Assembly: GCA_046861385.1 (NCBI GenBank)
Contig: JBHHTW010000008.1
Coordinates: forward strand, 1-64,000
Source: Fidelibacterota bacterium
Lineage (GTDB): Bacteria; Fidelibacterota; Marinisomatia; Marinisomatales; TCS55
Reading direction: 5' to 3'
Length of the DNA stretch: 64,000 bases
The translations under genes were made by a program, and so were the position numbers. Positions 1 through 10,600 of the stretch are shown here, in pieces; position 1 is the stretch's first letter; the number at the start of each line of letters is the position of its first letter. Below the pieces are notes generated by a model, which saw only the letters and a list, made by a program, of their open reading frames with translations, was not told the DNA's origin and made no database searches.

Positions 1-165
1 CTATGTAGTGTTTTTAGTCTTTTTTATCAATGAGTGACCAATCAGCTTCGAAACTGTGTATAGGTCTATCAAACCAGATTGAAGTAGAATGCTGCCAAAT
101 GTTTTTCTCAATGAATGCAAGTTTGCTACTTCAACTTTAGCCAATTTATAGGAGTTATCATCATT
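1..165 (-). pseudogene. Tyrosine recombinase/integrase C-terminal remnant
   Basis: Manual minus-strand translation gives YKLAKVEVANLHSLRKTFGSILLQSGLIDLYTVSKLIGHSLIKKTKNTT*. This has the HxLR and LGH-like boxes. An in-frame stop lies upstream, and the expected catalytic Tyr (cac tac = HY) is in another frame. Confidence 0.75.
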
Positions 166-236
166 CTATACTCTTAATCCCGCGCAGTTCCAAAAATACC
201 TACGGCAGTAGACAGGGAAAAAGCAGTTATTAGATC

Positions 237-480
237 GATGTGAGTCGTTCAATATTGTACTACACTCCTTTTGAACAAGGGCCCGATTTAGAAGAACTTG
301 AAATCAAGAAGGAAGTTGACAAGCTTCATATTAAACATCCATATGGGGTCACGAAATCTTCGTGATTAAGGGGTACAGAATAAACCGTAAGCGGGTTCAA
401 AGGCTCATGTATAAAAGAAAAACACTAATTCAAAATTAGCAAAATACTCTCGCCAAACTACAAAGCGAAATACCATAAAA
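237..480 (+). mobile_element. Degenerate IS3-family transposase (OrfB N-terminal) fragment
   Basis: Manual translation: DVSRSILYYTPFEQGPDLEELEIKKEVDKLHIKHPY, then frameshifted MGSRNLRD*, then GYRINRKRVQRLM (371-409). These are typical IS3 OrfB HTH-region motifs, broken by frameshifts and stops. Confidence 0.75.
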
Positions 481-583
481 ATCCGATGCGAAGTCAACGG
501 GGATTAATAACCGAACATAGCCTCCTATATTTGATGAATATTTAAATTGATTCAATGGTTGATAAAAATAAATATCTGATAAG

Positions 584-625
584 AAAAAAAAGCCTCAAAA
601 AATCCTACGACTTCTTGAGGCTTTT
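584..625 (-). terminator. Intrinsic terminator of the beta-barrel gene
   Basis: Inverted repeat AAAAGCCTCAA...TTGAGGCTTTT followed on the minus strand by a T-run, about 65 bp after the stop at 691. Confidence 0.65.
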
Positions 626-690
626 AATGCTATTATCCTACCCTAATATGATGAACCCATTTTAGGACAAGATATACTATTATACTTCTA

Positions 691-1185
691 TTAGAAGGAG
701 TAGCTCGCCATAGCTCCTATGCTGGCAAAACCAGTAATGGAGCTACCATCTGAACCGCCAGCAAAAGCGACTACTGCTCTAACGTACGGTTTGACAACTA
801 ATGGCATATTGGGTACATTATAATCAAATGATGCACCACCAGTAGCACCTATTCCCCCAAGCCAACCTGCACCAGCAAATACTGACACAGGACCCTGAGG
901 AAGATTATAAACTGCTGCATTAGCATACGCATACGCAGCTGTTAATCCATTCATCGATCCAATTCCTGCATTGAAACCAACATCAAATGGTCCGACAGGC
1001 ATACCATATGGTGTTCCAACTGTGATTGCGAATACAGGCTCAGTGCCTAAATCATCAAAAGTTTCACCAGATAAAATAGGATAGCCTACATCTAAACCAA
1101 TCGTATACCCGCCCAATGCGGTCTGCGCATTCACCGTTGGTACCACCATTAATGCGAATAGAAGCAATATCGAAACGCGTTTCAT
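691..1185 (-). CDS. Small outer-membrane beta-barrel protein (164 aa)
   Basis: Start reassigned to MKRVSILLLFALMVVPTVNA (signal peptide), which has GGAGG 5 bp upstream. Gly/aromatic alternating strands and C-terminal ..ASYSF beta-signal. Confidence 0.7.
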   Translation of the reverse strand: MKRVSILLLFALMVVPTVNAQTALGGYTIGLDVGYPILSGETFDDLGTEPVFAITVGTPYGMPVGPFDVGFNAGIGSMNGLTAAYAYANAAVYNLPQGPVSVFAGAGWLGGIGATGGASFDYNVPNMPLVVKPYVRAVVAFAGGSDGSSITGFASIGAMASYSF

Positions 1186-1238
1186 GTGTTCCTCCATTAT
1201 TTTGTATTTGTTAGACTTGTTATGTTGCATGCAGGCCC

Positions 1239-1268
1239 ATCTTACGGTAAGAATTGATGACAAGTCAA
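1239..1268 (-). promoter_or_regulatory. Putative sigma70-like promoter TTGACT-N18-TAAGAT
   Basis: Minus strand reads ttgact tgtcatcaattcttaccg taagat, upstream of the ATG at 1185. Confidence 0.45.
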
Positions 1269-1389
1269 TTGTTTTTTCCGACTTCAATTACAAAGTTTTA
1301 TAGATATCTGCAATCATAATGAAACTCATGAAAATATCATTAGGAAGCTTGGAAAATCGATTTTGAGTAGAATTTTGTATTATAATGCA

Positions 1390-3675
1390 TTATTTCTTTC
1401 CCTTAAATCCACTAAGAACCGCTTCCGGTGTAATGGGTAATGCTCTGATTCGAACCCCACAGGCATTGTAAATCGCATTTGCCACTGCCGGTGCTGGGCC
1501 GTTAATAGGGATTTCCGCCACCGCTTTGGCGCCGAAGGGACCCGTCGGTTCGTTTGTGTGAACAAACTCAGCAATAATTTCCGGCATATCAATGGACGTA
1601 TATATATGATAATCCTCAAAATTTTTATTAATGACCCTTCCTTTTTTATCAAAAACCATGAATTCTGATAAGGTCATTCCCAAAGATTGAGGGATGGCCC
1701 CTTCAGCTTGGCCTTCGGACATTTGTGGATTAATAACCTGTCCGGAATCGGTGACGGATACAATTTTATTTACGTTCACAAATCCCGTTTCAATATCCAC
1801 TGTCACACCGGCAAAGGTGGCATTATAGGGGGGTGGACTTTCATAGCTGATCTTTGATGCTGTAGCCTGTATTTGTTTCTGGTGGTCTGTATAAAAAGAT
1901 TTTGTACAAATGTCCGTATAGGATATTGATTTTCCGTCAGGCGAAACAACGCTATTCTCTTTGATGATTGCTTTTGTCACACCCAATATCTTTTTCCCCT
2001 GTTCCAGAATTTGTTTTAATATTTCTTCTGCTGCTTTTTTAACAGCGCCGCCGGAAATATAGGTAGTACTGGATGCATATGCTCCGGTATCAAAAGGTGT
2101 TGTATCCGTATCCGATGACAGAACTATTATTTTATCCACAGAAACGTGCAATACCTCCGCTGCAATTTGAGCCAGAGCTGTATCAGAACCGGTCCCCAGA
2201 TCGGTGGCGCCCACGTTTAAATTAAAGCTGCCATCCTCATTCATTTTCATGTAAACCGATCCCATATCGATCCCGGCAATCCCCGAAGCCTGGGCAACAG
2301 TTGCCAAACCCACTCCTCGTCGAAATATGCCTGTTTTTTCATCGTTCCGGATCGTTTCCCATTCAATCAGTTTTTTTCCTCTGTCGATGCAAGCCTCTAT
2401 GCCAGTTGTATTTAATATAACAGGAAATCCTTCTCTTCCTTCCCCCAGGACTTTGGCAATGGGAACTTCTTCTCCCTCATGAAAATAATTCTGTTTTCGA
2501 AGTGCAATGGGATCCACATTCAATGATTCAGCGATTTCATCCATGAATGATTCCAGAGCAAAGAATCCTTGGGGAGCTCCATAACCACGGTAGGCGCCGG
2601 CGGGCGGTAGATTGGTATAAACAGAATTGGCTCTAATTCTGATATTGGGAGATCGATACAATGCAAGTGCTTTGCTGGCGGTTACAGACATGACTGTTAA
2701 TGAATGGGGGCCGTATCCTCCGGAGTTCTGAAGGATGTTCATGTCAATAGCATGAATTTTTAATTCTTTTGTGAGTCCGATTTTCAGTGTGACGTATTGG
2801 GGATGTCGGGACCTGGCCGCATAAAATTCTTCCTCACGGGTATATTCCAGCCGACAGGGCATTCCCGTTCTCATTGTCACCGCAGCACATATTTCTTCAT
2901 TTAGAATTTCCTGTTTCCCCCCAAAACCGCCTCCAATCCTCGGTTTAATCACTCTAATTTTTCTCACTGGAATATCCAATACTTCGCCCACGATTCGCCT
3001 GACATGATATGGCACCTGCGTGGCTGTTCGGATAATGAGTCGGTCATTTTCATCTAACCAAGTCAGTGTTATGTGCGGCTCAATATGCGCCTGCTGGGCG
3101 TAGGGTGTAAAATAAGACCCCTCAAATACGTGGGCAGAATCTTTTAATCCTTCATCAAGGTTACCGATTTCTTCATGAATATTAGCAGCAATGTTTCTTT
3201 TTGCATTATGGAGAAAACTGAAACCATCTTTGTCCGGATGAAGAATAATTTTGTTATCGATAGATTCTCTTGGGTCAAAAATGGCTGGTAATTCTTCATA
3301 GTCTACCCGAATCATTTTTAAACCTTTTTCAACGATCTCCAATGAATCCCCGGCGACCACTGCCACCCGGTCGCCCACAAATCGCATGGTGTCGTCAAAA
3401 ATCCGGGTATCTCTCGGAGATGGCTCTGGATAACCCTGCCCTGCCGTTGTATAATAATGAACCGGAAAATCTTCGTGGCTTAAAACAGCTTGAATACCAT
3501 CCATGGCCATGGTGGCACTTTTATCAATGGATTTTATCTTGGCATGGGCAAAAGGACTGTGGAGAATTTTAGCATAAAGAAACCCCTTTTTTGGAATATC
3601 ATCTGCAAAAACGGGTTTACCTTTTGCAAGTCCAAGACCATCAACTCTTCGTGTCTTCTGTCCGACAATCTTCAT
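1390..3675 (-). CDS. xdhD: Xanthine dehydrogenase-family molybdopterin-binding subunit (XdhD/YgfN-like)
   Basis: Motifs GGGFGGKQ, YRGYGAPQ, GAYASSTT and GPFGAKAVAE; lies next to ygfM-like and 2Fe-2S genes. Confidence 0.85.
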   Translation of the reverse strand: MKIVGQKTRRVDGLGLAKGKPVFADDIPKKGFLYAKILHSPFAHAKIKSIDKSATMAMDGIQAVLSHEDFPVHYYTTAGQGYPEPSPRDTRIFDDTMRFVGDRVAVVAGDSLEIVEKGLKMIRVDYEELPAIFDPRESIDNKIILHPDKDGFSFLHNAKRNIAANIHEEIGNLDEGLKDSAHVFEGSYFTPYAQQAHIEPHITLTWLDENDRLIIRTATQVPYHVRRIVGEVLDIPVRKIRVIKPRIGGGFGGKQEILNEEICAAVTMRTGMPCRLEYTREEEFYAARSRHPQYVTLKIGLTKELKIHAIDMNILQNSGGYGPHSLTVMSVTASKALALYRSPNIRIRANSVYTNLPPAGAYRGYGAPQGFFALESFMDEIAESLNVDPIALRKQNYFHEGEEVPIAKVLGEGREGFPVILNTTGIEACIDRGKKLIEWETIRNDEKTGIFRRGVGLATVAQASGIAGIDMGSVYMKMNEDGSFNLNVGATDLGTGSDTALAQIAAEVLHVSVDKIIVLSSDTDTTPFDTGAYASSTTYISGGAVKKAAEEILKQILEQGKKILGVTKAIIKENSVVSPDGKSISYTDICTKSFYTDHQKQIQATASKISYESPPPYNATFAGVTVDIETGFVNVNKIVSVTDSGQVINPQMSEGQAEGAIPQSLGMTLSEFMVFDKKGRVINKNFEDYHIYTSIDMPEIIAEFVHTNEPTGPFGAKAVAEIPINGPAPAVANAIYNACGVRIRALPITPEAVLSGFKGKK

Positions 3676-4139
3676 CTCGTATCACCGTTTTTTGAGGCTA
3701 AATAATTGATAGCAGCCTTTACCGGTTTAACATAACCAGTACATCTGCAATAAACACCTGCCAGCACATCTTTTATATCGTCTGTCGATGGAGATTCATT
3801 TTCACGAGCCAAAGATTCAACGGCTAAAATCATTCCCGGAGTGCAATACCCGCATTGGATCGCTCCTTCTTCGATAAATGCGTCCTGCAAAGGGTGAACA
3901 TCCTGACCGGTTGCAAATGATTCTACCGTTTCTACGTTTTTACCGTTAATAGTATGAATGAGCATCAGTGATGCGTTCATGATTTTCCCGTCAACCAAAA
4001 CAGAATCAGCACCTGTCTCACCTTTATCTGAACCGTACTTTACACTGAAAAACCCCTGGTCCCGCAAATAATCCAACAATGTGGTTCCCGGTCGTAAATC
4101 GACGGATACCATTTTTCCATTTAACTGAAAGGTAGTCAT
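3672..4139 (-). CDS. (2Fe-2S)-binding subunit lacking the N-terminal cluster cysteines
   Basis: Retains QCGYCTPG...CRCTGY, but the first motif reads GSDKGETGADS...NASL. Confidence 0.85.
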   Translation of the reverse strand: MTTFQLNGKMVSVDLRPGTTLLDYLRDQGFFSVKYGSDKGETGADSVLVDGKIMNASLMLIHTINGKNVETVESFATGQDVHPLQDAFIEEGAIQCGYCTPGMILAVESLARENESPSTDDIKDVLAGVYCRCTGYVKPVKAAINYLASKNGDTR

Positions 4140-4900
4140 AATGCGTCACCTACTCTTTTCACTGCTGTGTTGATTAACGATTCTTTATAATTCAGTGAAC
4201 CAAAATGATCCATGATAAATTGACTCACAGCTTCTTTGGCTATATTGGATGCGGACATATTTGTCCAATCATCGGCCATGACGTTAAACGTTTGAATTGT
4301 ATTGGCTGTACCGCCGATAGCAAATTCAAATTGTCCATTTCTACGGATTCCTCCAACAATGACAATGGCAGATGCAGACGGAATGGGAGAAAATCGTTGC
4401 AATTCGATACCATTAATTTTATTCGGATAGTAAGCAATCTGTGTTACAATCCCATTCCCATCCCAATCTCTGATGGGTATTATTGATTCTGAATCGGTAT
4501 GAACTGTGAGTTCAGCATTCACTGCATGCAGGAAAACCATGATGTCGGAATTGGGCCTGTTTTGTCCCGCTTCTCCACCAAATGTTCGTTGGTTTCTGAT
4601 ATTTTTGGATGGACAAGAAGATTTCACCCCGTCAAGTAAACGACAATTTGGATTAATTGGTTTAACTGTGTCGAAGAACGTTTGTAAGGACGCCCCTGCC
4701 AATATCCTTACCTCCTCATGGCTAGCAGTGACACCGTGACCAATCAAACCGTTGATATCAATCAATGTATGGATTGAAGGGTTCTTTTCAGCCACCAAGT
4801 AACTTCCGCCTGCAAATAAGGAAGCACTTTCATTTTGTTGTAATGAGAAGGCCCCTGCCAAGGTCTCCGGTGTAATGATAGATTTAATCGAGTACCACAT
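4136..4900 (-). CDS. ygfM: FAD-binding subunit, YgfM-like
   Basis: FAGGSYL and a degenerate IRNQRTFGG motif; sits between the ygfK region and the xdhD-like genes. Confidence 0.65.
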   Translation of the reverse strand: MWYSIKSIITPETLAGAFSLQQNESASLFAGGSYLVAEKNPSIHTLIDINGLIGHGVTASHEEVRILAGASLQTFFDTVKPINPNCRLLDGVKSSCPSKNIRNQRTFGGEAGQNRPNSDIMVFLHAVNAELTVHTDSESIIPIRDWDGNGIVTQIAYYPNKINGIELQRFSPIPSASAIVIVGGIRRNGQFEFAIGGTANTIQTFNVMADDWTNMSASNIAKEAVSQFIMDHFGSLNYKESLINTAVKRVGDAL

Positions 4901-4905
4901 AATTC

Positions 4906-6303
4906 TTAACTATTTTGAAGAAAATCTATCCCCGTTTTTTGTTGTGCTTTTTGAAGCATTTCCGCTGCAATTTTATTATGATGCTGGATTAATATATTTT
5001 CATCAATATTTGTTTTCCCTTCATCGATTTGGACTGAACCGTTGATGATTAGCACATCCACCGGTGCAGTTCGAACAGAAAATACAAGAGATGCAATTGG
5101 GTCTGACAAACCACCTGCATATTCCAGTCTGTCCATGGAAAATAGAGCAATATCTGCCTGTTTTCCTACCGAAAGTTCTCCGATATCATTCCGCCCCAAT
5201 ACAGAAGCGCCACCCCGTGTTGCCATCCATAATACATCTCGAGCTGTGAGCCAGAACGATTCTTCCCGCAACCGCGACATCATCATCGCATTCCGGACTT
5301 CCATAAGCATATTTCCCGCATCATTGGAGGCCGATCCGTCCACCCCAATACTGACATTGATTCCAGCGGACAACATTTCCTTAACCCTGGCAATGCCGCT
5401 GCCCAACCTCATATTGGACGTTGGACAATGACTGCTTCCAGCGCCTGTCTCAGCCATCCGGTTGATTTCATCATTATTCAAATGAATAGCGTGTGCGTAC
5501 CAGGCATTGGAATTCATCCACCCCAATTGACCAACATATTCCGCCGGTCTTTTACCAAATAGATCTAAACAGAATGTCTCTTCATCCAGCGTTTCTGCCA
5601 GATGAGTATGCATTTGTAGATTATTGGCCAAGGCAAATTCCGCAGTGGATTTCATGAGTTGCGGCGTTACGGAAAAAGGGGAACATGGCGCAAGGGATAT
5701 TCGTACCATGGCTCCATCCGATTCGTCGTGGTATCTGGCCAGTAATCTCTCAATATCCAGCTGAATCTCTTCTTCCGTTTGTACTGTATCATCCGGTGGC
5801 AGGCCTCCATTGGATTTGCCCAGGGACATGGACCCACGTGTCGGCTGAAACCGAATGCCCAATTCTCTGGCGCTTTCTATTTCTACATCAATCAACTCAC
5901 CACTGGTTTGTTCAGGAAATAAATACAGATGGTCTGAACTGGTGGTTGTCCCTGATTTCATCAACTCCAGTAATCCGGTTTTTGCACTGATACCAACTGC
6001 TTCTTCTGTCAATTCCCGCCATACTTCGTAATGATTGGTTAGCCATCGGAACAAAGACTGGTTCTGCATCAAAGGAATATTCCTCGTGAGCGTTTGATAA
6101 AGATGGTGATGTGTATTGATAAATCCCGGAAGTACTACCATATTAGAAGCATCAATCATCCTATCAGTTTCGATGTCCAAATCATCTTGACCTATCGAAG
6201 CAATTTTATCGTCTTCGATTAAAATATGCCCACCGTTGAACTCCTCCTTTGAATCGTTCATTGTTGCCACAGCCAATGGATTTTGGATCAGGATTCGGCT
6301 CAT
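4906..6303 (-). CDS. 8-oxoguanine deaminase-like amidohydrolase
   Basis: PGFINTHHHLYQTLTR, APCSPFSVT, HTHLAET, HCPTSNMRLGSG, GVDGSASND. Confidence 0.8.
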   Translation of the reverse strand: MSRILIQNPLAVATMNDSKEEFNGGHILIEDDKIASIGQDDLDIETDRMIDASNMVVLPGFINTHHHLYQTLTRNIPLMQNQSLFRWLTNHYEVWRELTEEAVGISAKTGLLELMKSGTTTSSDHLYLFPEQTSGELIDVEIESARELGIRFQPTRGSMSLGKSNGGLPPDDTVQTEEEIQLDIERLLARYHDESDGAMVRISLAPCSPFSVTPQLMKSTAEFALANNLQMHTHLAETLDEETFCLDLFGKRPAEYVGQLGWMNSNAWYAHAIHLNNDEINRMAETGAGSSHCPTSNMRLGSGIARVKEMLSAGINVSIGVDGSASNDAGNMLMEVRNAMMMSRLREESFWLTARDVLWMATRGGASVLGRNDIGELSVGKQADIALFSMDRLEYAGGLSDPIASLVFSVRTAPVDVLIINGSVQIDEGKTNIDENILIQHHNKIAAEMLQKAQQKTGIDFLQNS

Positions 6304-7536
6304 TTATATATTTCGCTTATTGTCGCTTTTCACAACTATTTCTTCACTAGGATTAAATTCAAACACATTATCATAGGTCAACAGTTTCAATGGAATATTC
6401 GGGTATTTATTCTTAAAAAATTTGTATTTGTATTGTTTAAATAAATTATCAGAAAATTTGACTTCATATGCCCGTTTTTCCTGGATGATAAAATCTACTT
6501 CCTGTTTTTTCTGTGTGCGCCAGTATTTGATATCCCAGTCAATATCATAAGAATCCGAAAACAATCGAAATACGTAATTCTCCAAAAGAGCGCCCCTATC
6601 ATGGCGTAGTAAAATCGGGTCAAAATTCCCGGCAAAGAAATTCCTTAATCCCAAATCTTGAAAATATCCTTTTTTCATTTTCCGCAATTCTGTTACGGCG
6701 CTCTTATAAAATGGTTTAATAAGTGCAATGTGAAAAGATTTTTGCATAACATAAAGATAAAATTCAACAGTTTTGTTTTGAATTTGTAGTGTTTTACCTA
6801 TCGAATTTGGATTAAGTAATTGACCTGTTTGTCCTGCAATAATTTTTAGTATGTTTAAATATATTTCCGGATATTGAATTGAGGCTTCATTAATATCCTT
6901 TTTCACATAAGACGTTGCCAGTTCTTTCAACAAGGTTTTTTTCCTTTTTAATGAAGAAGAAGTCACAACTTTAGGATAACCACCATAAAGCAGATACTCA
7001 GCGAAAAGTGCTTTTAAATCATTCAGATAAACCTTGGGTAAATAATCAGAATGGACATATTCCATAATATTTTCATAATTCCTGAAGTAGAGGAATTCGC
7101 TGAACCCCATTGTGGATAAATTAAATATCTGTTTTCTTCCTGCCAGAGAGTCTTTGAATTTTTTATCAATATAAAAGCTTGAAGACCCACTGACGATTAG
7201 TTTTAATTGCGGTGCGTACTCATCATACAGGAGTTTTAAAAAATTCGATGGATCTCGTAAATATTGCACTTCATCAATAAAAACAAAAGTGGTTTTTTCA
7301 GAATCAGATAATGGAATAAACTGGAACAGATTTTTTGGATGTTCATTGAAAGCATTTAAATACATTATATCTTCTAAGGAAAAAAATGTAGTTGTTTCAC
7401 CCTGTTTTCTTAAATGACCGTCAATTTGCTTCAGAAGCGTTGTTTTTCCAGTTTGACGTGCACCGATTAATAGCGTTATTTCTTTTTCTTTCGAATGCTC
7501 AATAAGTTTGTTCAAAAGTCGTCTTGGCCTCATCAT
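6304..7536 (-). CDS. AAA+ ATPase with DUF4143 / PD-(D/E)XK-like C-terminus
   Basis: Walker A GARQTGKT, Walker B FIDEVQY, SGSS, SLAGR, GGYP and C-terminal EVDFIIQEKRAYEVK. Visibly more AT-rich than its neighbours. Confidence 0.85.
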   Translation of the reverse strand: MMRPRRLLNKLIEHSKEKEITLLIGARQTGKTTLLKQIDGHLRKQGETTTFFSLEDIMYLNAFNEHPKNLFQFIPLSDSEKTTFVFIDEVQYLRDPSNFLKLLYDEYAPQLKLIVSGSSSFYIDKKFKDSLAGRKQIFNLSTMGFSEFLYFRNYENIMEYVHSDYLPKVYLNDLKALFAEYLLYGGYPKVVTSSSLKRKKTLLKELATSYVKKDINEASIQYPEIYLNILKIIAGQTGQLLNPNSIGKTLQIQNKTVEFYLYVMQKSFHIALIKPFYKSAVTELRKMKKGYFQDLGLRNFFAGNFDPILLRHDRGALLENYVFRLFSDSYDIDWDIKYWRTQKKQEVDFIIQEKRAYEVKFSDNLFKQYKYKFFKNKYPNIPLKLLTYDNVFEFNPSEEIVVKSDNKRNI

Positions 7537-7546
7537 GACGATAAAC

Positions 7547-7677
7547 TACTATATTATTCTTATTATATGCAATAACAATACTATATTATTCCAATATATA
7601 ATAGTAATGACTACCATATTATTCCATTTATAGAGATAGTCAGTAGAAAATTATTCTACTTTTGAATAGTAATAACT
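7547..7677. repeat. Four imperfect direct repeats with 32-33 bp period
   Basis: Core TACTATATTATTC at 7547 and 7579, TACCATATTATTC at 7612, TAGAAAATTATTC at 7644. Confidence 0.75.
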
Positions 7678-7687
7678 GAGCCAATGA

Positions 7688-10600
7688 TTATCCCTCATAT
7701 TGAAAGATGGGTGTTTTTTTCAGATTCTCAAACAAAATGATCATTTCAACAGCCTTGGATAATTTCACTTCATGTTCACCATTCAGGAACTTGACAAATT
7801 GAATATCCAAATTGACTTTATTCATTGTTACTTCCACAGTATGGTTGATAAATCTAAACACAGTTTCCTCGTTTCTTAACACCGATGTTTTTTCCATAGA
7901 TTTAAACACCAATTCATCTCCATTCAGCCAATAGCCATGTGTTTCTGCGTCGAAACTTTCTTTTGTTAAATAAAACCTGGGTTTTGTTTTATATGGATCA
8001 CCCGATGTGGGACAAAATGTGGTGCAATTTCCACATTCATTGCAAAAGTCACCAATATTGATTATTTGGGGTTCTTGAGATAAATCAAAGGTTCCAGTCA
8101 AATAAACTTCATAACCATTTTCGGTTTTTCGCACCGAATAAACCGGATAACTTTTCTGTCTGGCCATGTAAGACAAATTGGACAGGTTGGGACACACGCC
8201 CACACAAATGTCGCAGACATCATCGCAGAAAAGGCATCGTTCAGCTTCCTTCATGGCTTCGTTTTTTGTTAAAGTTCGCGTCACGAGATTAAAGTTAATC
8301 CGCTCATCGGGCGCTAAGTGCGGCGTAGTCAGTCCAAATTCTCTGAAAGCCAGTCTTTTCTGATATTCAAATTTTTCTAATCTTAACGGATTACTATCCC
8401 CTTCGACATTGTGCTTAGTTCCTTCGGATTGAATAATATTCAGTGCGGCTCTGCGTCCGTCACCAACGGCATTAATCACTGATGAAGCACCACGGACTGC
8501 ATCGCCACCGGCAAACACTTTTGGAAGTTTCGTTTCGTTGGTTTCCAGATTGACTATCAAATCGTCCCGCGTGAGAAAATCAAAGGCAATGTCCTGTCCG
8601 ATGGCAGGAATTATTGTATCAAATTCCATATCAAATTCTGATTTTTCAATTTTGACGGGACGGGCGCGACGGCTTTCGTCAGCTTCTCCTAATTCCATTT
8701 TTGAACAGGTCATAACAACGCTTCCATTTCCATTGCTTAAAATGGTTTCAGGCGCTGTCAATTCTTCCAAACGGATACCCTCACCTAACGCAGCGACAAT
8801 TTCTTCAATATCTGCGGGCATTTCGTTCATAGTTCGTCGATAAACAATCGTGACTTCCGCCCCCAGCCTTCGCGACGCCCGGGCCGCATCCATGGCTGTA
8901 TTTCCACCGCCAATGACGGCCACTCGATTACCAATTGAATTCGTTTCTCCACGACGAACTTTCGATAAAAAGGTTAGCGGTTCTACAACGTTTGGTAGTT
9001 CTTCTCCATCAATATTTAATTTCTTATTCTTTTGAGCACCCGGGCTTATATATATATAATCAAATTCTTTTTGAAACATGTCAAAAAGGTTTTTATCTAC
9101 CATGGAATTATAATGAATATTTACGCCCTTGGATTCAACAAGGTCTATGTCATTTTGAATGCTCTCGCCGGTAAGTCTGAACACAGGAATGGCATCAGAT
9201 ACCATACCGCCTGAAAACGGTTTTGCTTCATGGATGTGTACTTCAAAACCCTCTAATGCTAAAAAGTAGGCACAAGATAATCCGGATGGACCGGCGCCTA
9301 TAATCGCGGCTTTTATTCCATTTGATGGTTTTGGTGGTAAACTTAAGACTTGACCATTTTCCGTAGCAAAACGCTTGATTTCCCGAATCAGCAATGTACT
9401 ATCCAAATTACTGCGGGTGCATTTCATTTGACAAAGATGGTCGCAGACAGAACCCGTAACGCCGGGAAGTGGATTGGTACGAATAATTGTTTTGTAAGCT
9501 TGATTAATATCGCCTGCAGCAACATGGTGCATATATTCAGGGATTTCTTGGTCTGTGGCACAATTTTCAATGCAAGGAGCCTTTATACAATCAAAGGCTG
9601 TCAATTCCCGGTCTGTTTTGATGGACTCAAAATGTTTATTCTCTTTGTGGTACGCTGGATTGCTTAATACAGATTCTGCATAACGATTAAGATTATTTAA
9701 ACCCGATTGTTTTAAATCAGAACCTCCATCATTTTTTAAGATATATTCATCAATAGAAGCGGCATTTACTTCTGAAAATCGCCTGTTTATTTCACTCAAA
9801 TATTGGGTAAACCGTGTATAGCCACCAGGCTTTAGAATATCGGTACAAACTGTGATGGGTTTAATATTGGCGGCTAAAACATCCGGTACATTGAAGGCAT
9901 CCGTCCCTGCAGAAAACGAAATGTCAAGAATCCCATTAAATTCATTTTGTAGTTTAGCCGCCAAATTGATGCTGATGGGATGCAAAGCACGACCGCTCAA
10001 ATACATCATGTTTTCTTTTTCGGAGAAAATGGATCTATGGTTTTCCACTTCCAACGTATTGGTAAGTTTTAGACCAAAAGCAACCCCCCGCTTACCTGCT
10101 TTTATCTGAAGATTATTAATCAAATTCAATGCGTCGGGATATTTTAAATCGTGGTCAAATGCTTCATCAGGTACGACCACATTCTTGTACCCTAAATGCT
10201 CATTTAATATTTTCCGTAGACGATCCGTCCCAAGTAATGTCGGATTTAACTTTATAGTAGTATTGTACCCTCTTTCTTCAATGAGATACGTCCCGATTGC
10301 TTCAATTTCATGGGGTGGACAACCGTGCATAGTCGACAAGGTGAGATTATCGGAAAGGGTTGCGGGGATATTCAGATTTTTTACATTGGGGTAAATATCT
10401 GAAATCTGTTCTAATCGTATGCCCAATTCCGGTTGGCTGTTTTCCATCAAATCCAGAAACTGCTGAACATTCGCATTTTTAATTCCAGCCAAATCGTAAC
10501 CGGCACTCATATTGAAAATGCCGCCTAAATCTATGTTCACTCCCCAATCAAATTTATCCTTTAATATGTGGATAATGATCCAAGCATTTAAATATTCAGA

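Noticed and set aside
450-472. 18/23 match to 22381-22403 (TCGCC-N7-wAAGCGAAATA)
   Set aside because: Short; the left copy reads as a continuation of the IS3 coding remnant, so it is likely chance.
1186-1287. N-terminal 34 aa of the 198-aa ORF in the track
   Set aside because: The RBS, signal peptide and a promoter-like sequence inside this stretch point to the ATG at 1185.
7547-7677. Possible CRISPR array
   Set aside because: The period is only 32-33 bp with no unique spacers, the repeats are degenerate, and there are no cas genes.
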